Shown here in pieces: positions 1 to 10,563 of a stretch of DNA of 64,000 nt. Origin of the DNA: Alphaproteobacteria bacterium (GTDB lineage Bacteria > Pseudomonadota > Alphaproteobacteria > UBA8366 > JADFVY01); contig JBFHDX010000003.1 in the NCBI GenBank assembly GCA_041584475.1, positions 12,621-76,620 of the forward strand, in the 5' to 3' direction. The notes under the pieces were generated by a model. It did no database searches. It saw only the letters and a list, made by a program, of their open reading frames with translations, and was not told the DNA's origin. Made by a program: the position numbers and the translations under genes. Position 1 is the first letter of the stretch; every line of letters begins with the position of its first letter.

Positions 1-137
1 GCGTGCGCCGGCGCCGCCGACAGCGCGACAGCAGCCAGTGCAAGCAACGACACGCACCAGGCCCGCGTCGCGACGCGCCCGGCACCGTCGTTCCGCGGCA
101 AGTGCTTGCCGCTACTTCCGTTTTCAAACCGCACCAT
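1..137 (-). CDS. N-terminal fragment of an exported protein of unknown function (gene runs off the left edge)
   Basis: ATG at 137 (cat at 135-137 on + strand). A GAGGA Shine-Dalgarno lies 5 nt upstream (reverse complement of 141-150). Translation is MVRFENGSSGKHLPRNDGAGRVATRAWCVSLLALAAVALSAAPAHA, i.e. a basic region, a hydrophobic core and an AxA-like site typical of a signal peptide. It is absent from the ORF track because it is truncated. Confidence 0.45.
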   Translation of the reverse strand, partial: MVRFENGSSGKHLPRNDGAGRVATRAWCVSLLALAAVALSAAPAH

Positions 138-557
138 GCCGTTCCTCTTTTTTATCGGTTGGCATGGAATAAGCACGATTCGTGCCACGTTAACGCTCTG
201 CCAACCCTATCCGGGCCTTGTCTCGGCCCGCAGCGAAAATATGCCTTCACATCGATGAATTATTCATTAAAAACAATAAATTAAGTGATCAATTTAGAGT
301 TGCATCAATAGTGCAGTTGCGACCCGCTGACCGGTACCCCGCGTTGCCTCTCGCGCCGGACCGGTCGGAACACGGCATGCGGGCAAATTTGCGTCGCAAA
401 ACGCGGCGGGCAGGACAAAGTGCGGGGGCCGACCGGTCCCAAGTCCGTCGATCCGTGAGTGCCCGATGCGCTACGCCGCCGGGCCGCTATCCGATGTCGA
501 CCGAAAATGCGCTTCTCGGCCGGCCGGACGGCCGGCGACGGGCGCATTCCGGACGGG

Positions 558-2171
558 CTATTCGCTGCGGATTTCCCTGAGGAACCGGTCAACAGCGGTG
601 AAGAGACCCTCGGCCTGTCTCGACATCTCTTGCGAGGCCGCAAGCACCTGGTCCGCCGCCGAGCCGGTTTCCCCGGCCGCACGGCTGACGCCGCCGATCG
701 TCGCGTTGACCTGCTGGGTACCCTCGGCGGCGCGCTGCACACGGCGCGCGATCTCCTCGGTGGAGACACCCTGCTGCTCGATCGCCGAGGCGATCGTCGT
801 ACCGATTTCGTTGATCTCGCCGATGATGCCGGTGATCTTGTCGATCGCGCCGACGACATCCGAGGTCTCGTCCTGCACCGCGCTGATCTGGCGCGCGATC
901 TCCTCGGTCGCCTTGGCGGTCTGGTTGGCGAGGTTCTTGACCTCCTGGGCGACGACCGCGAAGCCCTTGCCGGCCTCGCCGGCGCGCGCCGCCTCGATCG
1001 TCGCGTTCAGCGCCAGCAGGTTGGTCTGGCCCGCGATCTCGTTGATCAGTGTCACCACTTCGCCGATCTTGCTGGCCGCGCTCGCGAGGCTGTGCACGGT
1101 GCTGCTGGTGGTTTCCGCCTCCGCCGCCGCGTTCGCCGCGATCCGCGCGGAGACCGAGACCTGCCGGCCGATCTCCGAGATCGAGGCGCTCAACTCCTCG
1201 GCCGTGGACGCGACCGTCTGGACGTTCGTCGTGACCTCGTCGGACGCGCTGGCCACGGTCGCCGACTGGCGGCTCGTTTCTTCCGCCGTCGCCGCCATCT
1301 GCTGGGCGGTCGACTGCATCTCGTTCGCCGCCGACGTCACCAGGTCGGCGACCTCCTTGACCGACTGCTCGAAATGATCGGCGAGCTCCAGCGTGCTGCG
1401 ACGCCGCTCCTCCTCGGCGCGCAGTTTGGCGGTCGCCTGCTCTTCTTCGAGGTGCCCCTTCTCGAGCGCGTTCTCCTTGAAGATCCGCACCGCCTGCGCC
1501 ATGTCGCCGATCTCGTCGGTCCGGTCGAGCGAGGGAATCTGCGTCTGCAGGTTACCGGCGGCCAGATCCGCCATCGCCCGCGCGATCCCGCTGAGCGGCC
1601 CCGTCATCGTCCGCATCGCGCCGACGACGCCGGATATCACCAGGAACAGCAGGACGCAGAGCAACAGCAGGCCGCCGAGCACGATCTTCGCCAGCGACTC
1701 GCGCAACCTCTGTTCCGAGAGCACGAGCGTCAGCTTGCCGACCTGCCTCGCTTCGGTATCGTCGGCCAGTTCGCTGCGGTGGATGATGTCGCGCTCGACG
1801 ATGTAGAGCGACGCCTGGCCATTCGGCGGCGTGCCGATCTCGCCGATCCGCTTGCCGCGCGTATCCTCGATCGACGCGTAGCTGAAGTCGAGATCCTGGG
1901 CCAGCGTCTGCAGCATGTTTCTGGCCTGCTCGAATTCGAAGTCCCAGATTGGCCGCGCGAGCCCGGCAGACTGGATGTCTGCCAGGAACTCGGCGCGGGA
2001 CACGAGGTCCGCCCGGCGGTCCTGATGGATCAGATACATCGCGGCCGCGACGGCAGAAATGAACACGAGGCTGATCAGCGTCGATATCGACAGCAGCACC
2101 CGCGTCTGGAGTTTGAATTTCTGCCGGCGCGATGATCCGCCGAGCGGTCCCGATCCAAAGTCGTTCGCCAT
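558..2171 (-). CDS. Methyl-accepting chemotaxis protein (2 TM, small periplasmic domain, HAMP, MA signalling domain)
   Basis: 537-aa ORF with ATG at 2171. TM1 is [23 protein letters not shown] and TM2 is [28 protein letters not shown]-like linker follows. The conserved MCP hairpin-tip sequence [38 protein letters not shown] is present. Confidence 0.93.
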   Translation of the reverse strand: MANDFGSGPLGGSSRRQKFKLQTRVLLSISTLISLVFISAVAAAMYLIHQDRRADLVSRAEFLADIQSAGLARPIWDFEFEQARNMLQTLAQDLDFSYASIEDTRGKRIGEIGTPPNGQASLYIVERDIIHRSELADDTEARQVGKLTLVLSEQRLRESLAKIVLGGLLLLCVLLFLVISGVVGAMRTMTGPLSGIARAMADLAAGNLQTQIPSLDRTDEIGDMAQAVRIFKENALEKGHLEEEQATAKLRAEEERRRSTLELADHFEQSVKEVADLVTSAANEMQSTAQQMAATAEETSRQSATVASASDEVTTNVQTVASTAEELSASISEIGRQVSVSARIAANAAAEAETTSSTVHSLASAASKIGEVVTLINEIAGQTNLLALNATIEAARAGEAGKGFAVVAQEVKNLANQTAKATEEIARQISAVQDETSDVVGAIDKITGIIGEINEIGTTIASAIEQQGVSTEEIARRVQRAAEGTQQVNATIGGVSRAAGETGSAADQVLAASQEMSRQAEGLFTAVDRFLREIRSE

Positions 2172-2217
2172 GGTGACCCCGTGTCTCTCTCTCGTTTTTT
2201 TCCAAAGAAAACGCTGG

Positions 2218-3096
2218 TCACTTCATCGTCGTCTTGGTCTCGAAGAAGCGGTCGTTTTCCTTGATCGATTGCCGGATCGTCTCGTAATCCGCATCGGAGC
2301 CGGCCAGCATGCCGTCAGCCTGCAGAGCCTTGAGAGCTTTCTTGTCCTTGAGGTTCAGCAGCGCGACACGCAGCGCCTGCTCGAGCTCCGCCGGAAGGCC
2401 GGCCCTCGCCACCCAAGGCTTGGTGACGTTGGGGAAGCGGGCGAGCTCGCGGATCGGAACGCCCTTCTTGACGAGCTTCCGGAACGTGCTTTCCTTCAGG
2501 GCGCCGGCGTCGAACTCGCCGCGACCGACGGCGATGCCCACCTTGTCGTGGCGGCCGAGATAATCGAAGCGCGCCAGGTCGCCGACACGAATCCCGTTCT
2601 CGACGAGATAGAGCTGCGACAGGTAGCGGCCGATGGTCGACTGGTCGTCGCCGAACGCGAACGACCTGCCCTTGAGCTGCGAGACTTCCGTGATGTCGCT
2701 GTCCTCGGCGACGCAGATGATGCCGTAGAAGGCCCGCTCGCCGTTCACGCTCTCCATCGCGAGGATGCTGATATTGGGTTCGAGATCGGTGCCGAGAACA
2801 TACGACGCCGGTCCCAGGCGCGTGAAATCGACGCGGCCCTGAACCAGATCATCGAGGCCGCCTTCGTAGGTCGGCGAAATCTCGAGCGTGATCTTTACCT
2901 CTTCGTTGAGACGCCGTGAGAGTGCCTCCTCGAGCACCGCAAGCGCCGGGCGGAATTGCCGCTCGATGTCGGCGCGGCTGTCGGTCGCGTAGACGCCGAA
3001 TTTGAGCGTCACTTCCGCCGCAGCCGGCCCGGCGGCAACGGCCATCGCCGCAAGACCGAGTCCTATCAGACCTGTAAACCGAATAAACGAAGTCAT
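2218..3096 (-). CDS. PhnD/phosphonate-binding-type periplasmic substrate-binding protein (orphan: no permease or ATPase adjacent)
   Basis: 292 aa with ATG at 3096 and a GGAGGA RBS (reverse complement of 3103-3108). Signal peptide is [22 protein letters not shown]-like body with LKFGVY...[24 protein letters not shown]...GYLGRHDKV, which I recognise as the PhnD-like family. It sits 47 nt upstream of the MCP on the same strand. Confidence 0.8.
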   Translation of the reverse strand: MTSFIRFTGLIGLGLAAMAVAAGPAAAEVTLKFGVYATDSRADIERQFRPALAVLEEALSRRLNEEVKITLEISPTYEGGLDDLVQGRVDFTRLGPASYVLGTDLEPNISILAMESVNGERAFYGIICVAEDSDITEVSQLKGRSFAFGDDQSTIGRYLSQLYLVENGIRVGDLARFDYLGRHDKVGIAVGRGEFDAGALKESTFRKLVKKGVPIRELARFPNVTKPWVARAGLPAELEQALRVALLNLKDKKALKALQADGMLAGSDADYETIRQSIKENDRFFETKTTMK

Positions 3097-3404
3097 TTGG
3101 TTCCTCCAAAAATCCGTTTCGTTCGCAACCTTCTAACCGGCAGCCCGGTCGATAGGGCCCGTTCCGCCAGGGCGGGCTATCGGGCCAAACAGAAAGCAAA
3201 AACCGTGCCGCATTGATTCTAATTTTACTTGGATTTTAGTTAATTCGATGAGACCCCGATGTCCCTTTTCAGACGTGCATAGCTCACCATAGAACGTTGC
3301 CAGCTACGTACTATTCCAAAGTGACTTAATATTTCGCTAATAGTTGGGAAATCTCTTGGCCCCGGCCTGTCTTGGCCGGCCACGAGCCGGACGGGGATCG
3401 AGGG

Positions 3405-3480
3405 TGGTGGGCCCGGCAGGATTCGAACCTGCGACAACACCGTTATGAGCGGTGCGTTCTGACCGCTGAACTACGGGCCC
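3405..3480 (-). tRNA. tRNA with CAU anticodon: elongator tRNA-Met, or tRNA-Ile2 if C34 is lysidinylated
   Basis: The reverse complement GGGCCCGTAGTTCAGCGGTCAGAACGCACCGCTCATAACGGTGTTGTCGCAGGTTCGAATCCTGCCGGGCCCACCA folds as a 76-nt cloverleaf. It has a 7-bp acceptor stem, a GTTC/GAAC D stem, a CACCG/CGGTG anticodon stem with loop CTCATAA, a GGTTCGAATCC T arm and an encoded CCA. G1:C72 is paired, so it is not an initiator. Confidence 0.92.
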
Positions 3481-3488
3481 TTATCCTA

Positions 3489-3510
3489 TATAGCAGGGTT
3501 ATAGCAGGGT
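3489..3510. repeat. Perfect tandem duplication of an 11-nt unit (TATAGCAGGGT x2)
   Basis: 3489-3499 is identical to 3500-3510. The repeat lies 9-30 nt upstream of the tRNA 5' end (minus strand) and about 150 nt upstream of the FAD-oxidoreductase ATG (plus strand). Confidence 0.9.
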
Positions 3511-3657
3511 CGTCGCAAAATGGCAGAGCCTCGCCGGTGCGGCAACCGTCTCGGTGAGCATCGTTCGCGGCGCGCCCGTGGACCGATTGCGGCTTTGCTG
3601 GTCTCGCCCTGTCCCGTCCGCTAGAACGGGTTCAGGTCGGGCAGGCAGCGATGCACG

Positions 3658-4833
3658 ATGGAGCGTTACGACGTTGTTATCGCCGGTGGCGGCGCTATCG
3701 GGAGTTCGGTCGCCTATCACCTGAGTGCCCTGGAGGGCTTCAGCGGCAGCGTGGCCGTGCTCGAGCGCGATCCAAGCTACCGCCGGGCGTCGTCGGCCCT
3801 GTCGGTCAGCGGCATCCGACAGCAGTTCTCGACACCGGCCAACATCGCGTTGTCGCGCTGGAGCATCGCGTTCCTGCGCCGCGCCGGCGAACTCCTCGAG
3901 GTCGATGGCGAGCGTCCCGACGTCGGGCTGACCGAGGGCGGATACCTGTTCCTGGCCAGTTCCGCCGGGGCCGACATCCTGCGGCAAAACCATCGCGTGC
4001 AGAGGATCGCCGGCGCCGACGTCGCGCTGCTTTCGCGCGACGAACTGGCGGTGCGGTATCCCTGGCTGAACGTCGGCGATGTCGCCTGCGGTTCGCTCGG
4101 CTTGTCGGGCGAGGGCTGGTTCGACGGCTGGTCGTTGCTGCAGGCGCTGCGACGCAGGGCGCTTGCGAATGGCGTGCGATATGCGGTGGCGGAGATCACG
4201 GGGATCGACGTGGCCGACAACCGCGTCACCGCCGTGACGACGGCGACCGGTTCGCGATTTGCCTGCGGGACGTTGGTCAATGCAGCGGGACCGCTCGCCG
4301 GGGATCTCGCGGCGCTCGCCGGCCTCGATCTGCCCGTGCGTCCGCGCAAGCGGATCGTCCACGTCATCGACTGCCGGACGCCGCTTGCCGCCTGTCCAAT
4401 GGTCATCGACCCCGGCGGCGTCTATTTCCGACCCGAAGGGACGCGGTACCTGGCCGGCGTCTCGCCGGCGCCGGCCGAGGACGCGGACTGTTACGACCTG
4501 GACGTCGACTGGTCGCTGTTCGAGGCGCGGGTCTGGCCGGCGCTGGCCAACCGCGTGCCCGCCTTCGAGGCGATCGGTTTGGTCGATGCCTGGGCCGGCC
4601 ATTACGAATACAACACGGTGGACCAGAACGCCGTACTGGGGCCGCATCCGCAAATTGCGAACTTCTTCTTCGCCAACGGCTTTTCCGGCCACGGCATGCA
4701 ACAGACCCCGGCGGTCGGCCGCGTCACCGCCGAATGGATCGTCGACGGCAAGCCGCGCTCGGTCGACGTTTCCTGCTTCGGCTACGAGCGTTTCGCGACC
4801 GGCCGCCTGGTACGGGAAATCAACGTGATCTGA
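3658..4833 (+). CDS. FAD-dependent oxidoreductase (DAO / D-amino-acid-oxidase-like family)
   Basis: 391 aa with ATG at 3658. N-terminal dinucleotide fold YDVVIAGGGAIGSSVAYHL. C-terminal NGFSGHGMQQTPAVG is typical of DAO-family flavoproteins. Confidence 0.85.
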   Translation: MERYDVVIAGGGAIGSSVAYHLSALEGFSGSVAVLERDPSYRRASSALSVSGIRQQFSTPANIALSRWSIAFLRRAGELLEVDGERPDVGLTEGGYLFLASSAGADILRQNHRVQRIAGADVALLSRDELAVRYPWLNVGDVACGSLGLSGEGWFDGWSLLQALRRRALANGVRYAVAEITGIDVADNRVTAVTTATGSRFACGTLVNAAGPLAGDLAALAGLDLPVRPRKRIVHVIDCRTPLAACPMVIDPGGVYFRPEGTRYLAGVSPAPAEDADCYDLDVDWSLFEARVWPALANRVPAFEAIGLVDAWAGHYEYNTVDQNAVLGPHPQIANFFFANGFSGHGMQQTPAVGRVTAEWIVDGKPRSVDVSCFGYERFATGRLVREINVI

Positions 4834-4878
4834 TCATGCCGCGGCGGGGCCCGCACGGCGTCGAATCCCGGCGGGCGC

Positions 4879-5754
4879 TCAGCGTCCGATCGAGACGATG
4901 CCGTTGCGCCAAAGCAGGCGACGTCGGGCGACGTCGAGCGTCATGAGATCCTCTCCCAGCGTGACCGGCCCCGAAAAGTCGCGCTGCACTTCGTCCAGCA
5001 GAGCCTCGCGATCGCAGTCCGGAGGCGCGAAGTGGGTCAGCGCCAGCCACTTTGCGCCTGCCCTCGCGGCGACCTTGCCGACATCGGACGAAAGCGTGTG
5101 GTAGCTGGCGACGGCCGCCACCGTTTCCGCGGTCCGCACGCCCGGCTGTATCGGCATTTCCCGGTGCACGAAGACCTCGTGCAGAAGCAGGTCGACATCC
5201 CGCGCAGCCTCGATCAGCGCCTCGCACGGCCGCGTATCGCCGGAGATCGCCAGCGTCGCCTCCTCGGTTTCGAAGATGAAACCGTAAGCGTGGCGGACCG
5301 GCTGATGCTCGACGGCAACGGTGGTGACGCGCATGTGACCGAAGGCGAGCCGTTCCTCTGCGCCGATCTCCTCAACCTCGAGCCGCAGCGCCTCGGTCGA
5401 GGGCCGTTTCTCGTGGGCGATGCGTTGATCGAGCTCCGCGCGCCACAACGCCATCATGCCATCGATATAGCGGCGCGTACCCGGCGGGCCGAAGACCGAT
5501 TGCGGCCGGTCGCGCCCCTGGTGCCAGGACGATACGACGAGCTGAAACAGGTCGACGATATGGTCGGAATGCAGGTGGGTCAGCAGAATCGCATCGATAT
5601 CGGCGCCGGACAGACCGGCCTGTACAAGCCGTTGCGTGATGCCCGATCCGCAGTCGACGAGCACCGCTGTCTCCCCGTGCCGCACCAGCTGTGCAGGTCC
5701 GAAGCGGTCGGCGTGCACGACGGGACAGCCGGTGCCGAGAAGTGTGAGCTGCAT
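4879..5754 (-). CDS. MBL-fold metallo-hydrolase (RNase Z / beta-lactamase-like)
   Basis: The track ORF runs to 5823. I prefer the ATG at 5754 (MQLTLLGTGCP), the usual N-terminus of this family. Metal motif LTHLHSDHIVD is present, with a later ISGDT and a terminal LTHF. Confidence 0.8.
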   Translation of the reverse strand: MQLTLLGTGCPVVHADRFGPAQLVRHGETAVLVDCGSGITQRLVQAGLSGADIDAILLTHLHSDHIVDLFQLVVSSWHQGRDRPQSVFGPPGTRRYIDGMMALWRAELDQRIAHEKRPSTEALRLEVEEIGAEERLAFGHMRVTTVAVEHQPVRHAYGFIFETEEATLAISGDTRPCEALIEAARDVDLLLHEVFVHREMPIQPGVRTAETVAAVASYHTLSSDVGKVAARAGAKWLALTHFAPPDCDREALLDEVQRDFSGPVTLGEDLMTLDVARRRLLWRNGIVSIGR

Positions 5755-5891
5755 CGCGCGAGTGTACCGGAAACCGACGGCACGCGCGCCCTGTTCGGTC
5801 GCTCCGCCGGCAACGGCCGGCATACGGCGGCCGCATGCGACGCAGCAGCACCGCCGCTGGCCGGCCGAACCCGCGCTTGTGACCGTCGATT

Positions 5892-5910
5892 TGTCTAGCT
5901 ACCATAGACA
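5892..5910. promoter_or_regulatory. Inverted repeat TGTCTA-N7-TAGACA within a possible TTGTGA-N17-TACCAT promoter upstream of the HTH/zinc-finger gene
   Basis: TGTCTA at 5892-5897 and TAGACA at 5905-5910. Candidate -35 is TTGTGA at 5877-5882 and candidate -10 is TACCAT at 5900-5905, about 30 nt upstream of the ATG at 5935. Confidence 0.3.
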
Positions 5911-5934
5911 GCGTGGACTTATGGACCCGGGCCG

Positions 5935-6495
5935 ATGCCGCTTGACCCGACATTGCTGGACGAGGTGCGCCGCGCCGAGGCCGCGGTGGCGGAGGGCGAA
6001 GGCGCGCTGGCCGACGCCAGGGCCGATTACCGCGTCGCCGTCAAGCGGCTGCACCAGGCGGGCGCGCCGCTGCGCGAGATCGCCGCGGCGCTGGGTCTGA
6101 GCCATCAGCGCGTGCACCAGATGGTCAGCAAGGTCGGCGGCGTATGGGCGCAGCCGTTGGCGCTGCTGTCGGGCGCCCTGCGCCGGCGGCGACTGACGTG
6201 CGCGTTCTGCCGGACGCCGGCCCGCGATGTCCGCAACCTGATCGCCGGGCCGCGGGTCCATATCTGCGATCGCTGCATCACCCTGGGCCGAGAGGTTGCC
6301 GATGGTCGACCGCGTGCCGTCGCAGGCGGCACTGCGCTCGCTGTTCTTGCCCCTGCGAAAGCCCAGCGCTGCTCGTTCTGCCGCAAGCTGGCGAAGGGCG
6401 ACCGGCGGATCGTCGCCGGCGCGGGCGCCCGCATCTGCAACGATTGCCTCGACTACTGCGCGCATATCGTCGAAGAGGAAGGCGCGGCGGGCTGA
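5935..6495 (+). CDS. HTH protein with two tandem ClpX-type C4 zinc-binding domains (function unknown)
   Basis: 186 aa. HTH-like segment is PLREIAAALGLSHQRVHQMV. Two copies of the ClpX N-terminal zinc-binding pattern CxxC...IAG...ICxxC are present: CAFCRTPARDVRNLIAGPRVHICDRC and CSFCRKLAKGDRRIVAGAGARICNDCLDYCAHIVEEE. Compare E. coli ClpX CSFCGK...[24 protein letters not shown], quoted from memory. Confidence 0.75.
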   Translation: MPLDPTLLDEVRRAEAAVAEGEGALADARADYRVAVKRLHQAGAPLREIAAALGLSHQRVHQMVSKVGGVWAQPLALLSGALRRRRLTCAFCRTPARDVRNLIAGPRVHICDRCITLGREVADGRPRAVAGGTALAVLAPAKAQRCSFCRKLAKGDRRIVAGAGARICNDCLDYCAHIVEEEGAAG

Positions 6496-6522
6496 AATCC
6501 GCGCCACCCGTCCGCCCGTTCC

Positions 6523-6554
6523 GGCAACAAACGCGAGGGGCCCGAAGGCCCCTC
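6523..6554 (-). terminator. Intrinsic terminator of rpoD (also closes the convergent zinc-finger gene)
   Basis: 8-bp GC stem GAGGGGCC/GGCCCCTC at 6535-6554. On the minus-strand RNA the loop is UUCG and the trailing sequence is GCGUUUGUUGCC. It lies 27 nt after the rpoD stop. Confidence 0.6.
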
Positions 6555-6580
6555 TCCCGAACCGCGGCAATGCGTGCGGG

Positions 6581-8647
<2,067 letters not shown>

Positions 8648-8715
8648 GCAGTCCTATCCCCGCTAGTGCCGGCCGCAGCCCGGCAATTCAGCAATTCGCC
8701 GCATACCAGTATCGC

Positions 8716-10563
8716 TCAACGGCGGTCACTCCTCCCGCCGCTGCCGTCGAATTCCTCGTCTTCCTCGCGCGCCCGGCTTTCGCCACGTTCCACATCCTTG
8801 CGAAACGCCAAGAACCGCGCTTCCGTCTCCTCGTCCGGATTGTCAGCCGTATAACGCGCAGTTGCCTTCAACTCTTCCCTTCGCCGCGCCTGAAAAATCA
8901 GCGAAAGCACCTCGTCGAGCCCGAACCGTGCCTCCGCCGCCGAGCTTTCCCGGCGGGCGAAGGGTGCATGGACTCTGACGTCATCCGCGCTCAGCACCGC
9001 CAGTACGGCGGCGTGGCCGTCCTGTGAGAGGTGGCGTTTCAATGTCTCCGCGTCAAGGTCCGGGCTGGATGCCAAGTGTTTTTGTAGTCCCTGCAGAACC
9101 TTGTCAAGATCGGGATCGAATTCGACGCGCGCCAGCGCATCGCTGAACTCATCCGCGAGTTCGGGATGCTGCAGCACCGTCGCGAGCACCACCTGCTGGC
9201 GCCGGCGCCGCATCGTCGATGCGTCCGCGAGCGCCCGCGGGCCGATCGGACGATGCCGTGTGGTCGCCTCGAAAGGCCGCGTACCGGCTTGGGGGGGGCG
9301 GCGGAACGCGCGCCACAGCCGGTCGCGGAAGGCCGCACGGTAGTGTGCCTGCACGGTACGGTCCGCGATTTGGGCAACGCGCCGTTCCAGGCGGCGCTGA
9401 AGGTCGGCCTTGCGTTCGGGTGTATCGAGCGGTCTCAGGGCGTACTCGATCTGCCAGACGAGTTCCGACATCGGCTCGGCCTGATCGAGAACGCGCCGAA
9501 GTGCGGCCGGTCCGCCGCTCGCCAGCAGATCGTCGGGATCGTTGCCCGGCGGCAGCATGGCAAAGCGCAACGACCGGCCGGGCTGCAGGAGCGGCAGCGC
9601 GCGTTCGGCCGCCCGTGCCGCCGCCCGGCCGCCGGCCTCGTCACCGTCGAAACAGAGGATCGGCTCCGCGGCGATCCGCCACAGTGCGGCGAGCTGATGC
9701 TCGGTCAGCGCCGTCCCCAGCGGCGCCACGGCCCCGTGAAAGCCGGCGCGATCCATGGCGATCACGTCCATGTAGCCTTCCGCGACGATGAGCTCCGCAC
9801 CGTCGCGGACGGCGCCGGCCGCCCGCTCCAGATTGTAGAGCGTGCGCCCCTTGTGAAAGATCGGCGTTTCCGGCGAGTTGAGATATTTCGGGCCCTCGCC
9901 CCCGAGAATGCGACCGCCGAATGCGATGGTGCGACCGCGGCGGTCGGTGATGGGGAACATCACGCGGCCGCGAAAGCGGTCATAGGACGAACGCCCGTCG
10001 TCGGGCCAGATCAGCAGCCCGGCCTCGATCAGCAGCGCCTCTTCGAAGCCCTGCCCGACGAGCGCTGTCTTGAGTGCGGCGCGGGCGTCGGGCGCCACGC
10101 CGAGACGGAACCTGCGGATCGCCGCATCGTCCAGTCCGCGGCCCTTCAGATAGGCCAGCGCGGCCGCGCCGTCGGGACTTTCCAGGCGGGCGGCGAACCA
10201 GGTTGCGGCGGCGTTCACGGCCTCCGCCAGGCCGGCGCGCTTCTGTTCGCGCGCCCGCTCTTCCGGCGTCTCGCGCGGCAACGGCAGGCCAGCCGTTCCG
10301 GCAAGCTGCTCCACGGCCTCCCGGAAGCCGAGCTTTTCCGCATTCATGACGAAGCCGATCACATCGCCATGCGCGCCGCAGCCGAAGCAGTGGTAGAACC
10401 CCTTGTCCTCGTTGACCGTGAAGGACGGCGTCTTCTCGTTGTGGAACGGGCAGAGCCCGAGATGCTCGCGCCCCCTGCGAACGAGCTTTACCCGCCGGCC
10501 GACGACATCGGCGAGCGCGACCCTGTCCCGGATGTCGTCGAGAAAGCGGGGGGGAAACGCCAT
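8716..10563 (-). CDS. dnaG: DNA primase DnaG
   Basis: 615 aa with ATG at 10563. Zinc ribbon is CPFHNEKTPSFTVNEDKGFYHCFGCGAHGD. TOPRIM segment is LIVAEGYMDVIA. It is in the classic position upstream of rpoD. Confidence 0.96.
   Translation of the reverse strand: MAFPPRFLDDIRDRVALADVVGRRVKLVRRGREHLGLCPFHNEKTPSFTVNEDKGFYHCFGCGAHGDVIGFVMNAEKLGFREAVEQLAGTAGLPLPRETPEERAREQKRAGLAEAVNAAATWFAARLESPDGAAALAYLKGRGLDDAAIRRFRLGVAPDARAALKTALVGQGFEEALLIEAGLLIWPDDGRSSYDRFRGRVMFPITDRRGRTIAFGGRILGGEGPKYLNSPETPIFHKGRTLYNLERAAGAVRDGAELIVAEGYMDVIAMDRAGFHGAVAPLGTALTEHQLAALWRIAAEPILCFDGDEAGGRAAARAAERALPLLQPGRSLRFAMLPPGNDPDDLLASGGPAALRRVLDQAEPMSELVWQIEYALRPLDTPERKADLQRRLERRVAQIADRTVQAHYRAAFRDRLWRAFRRPPQAGTRPFEATTRHRPIGPRALADASTMRRRRQQVVLATVLQHPELADEFSDALARVEFDPDLDKVLQGLQKHLASSPDLDAETLKRHLSQDGHAAVLAVLSADDVRVHAPFARRESSAAEARFGLDEVLSLIFQARRREELKATARYTADNPDEETEARFLAFRKDVERGESRAREEDEEFDGSGGRSDRR

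Noticed and set aside
255-267. Fur/Zur/ArgR box assignment for the ATGAATTATTCAT palindrome
   Set aside because: It aligns poorly with the 19-bp Fur consensus. Its TGAAT/ATTCA arms are 1 nt apart, not 4-8 nt as in ARG boxes. The assignment would be guesswork.
459-2135. 558-aa plus-strand ORF (plus 466-1377, 1393-1806 and others) overlapping the MCP gene
   Set aside because: It is antisense to a gene with unmistakable MCP motifs. The translation is Arg/Gly/Asp/Leu-rich low-complexity sequence, as expected from reading a GC3-rich gene on the wrong strand. The same argument applies to 26470-28872 (antisense to MCP2), 12518-13963 and 14213-15838 (antisense to carB), 24300-26534, 37939-40476, 45552-47495, 56605-58821, 40882-42210 and 11332-12663.
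3200-3404. AT-rich spacer immediately 3' of the tRNA(CAU) gene as a genomic-island or integrase attachment scar
   Set aside because: I found no direct repeat of the tRNA 3' end, and no integrase, transposase or phage genes. The flanking genes have normal GC and codon bias. The region most likely holds the tRNA terminator (a weak CCGGCC/GGCCGG hairpin at 3362-3379) and the promoter of the SBP-MCP operon.
3405-3480. Initiator tRNA-fMet identity for the CAU tRNA
   Set aside because: Positions 1 and 72 form a G:C pair, whereas bacterial initiators have a mismatch. The anticodon stem is CACCG/CGGTG rather than carrying the three consecutive G:C pairs G29-G31/C39-C41.
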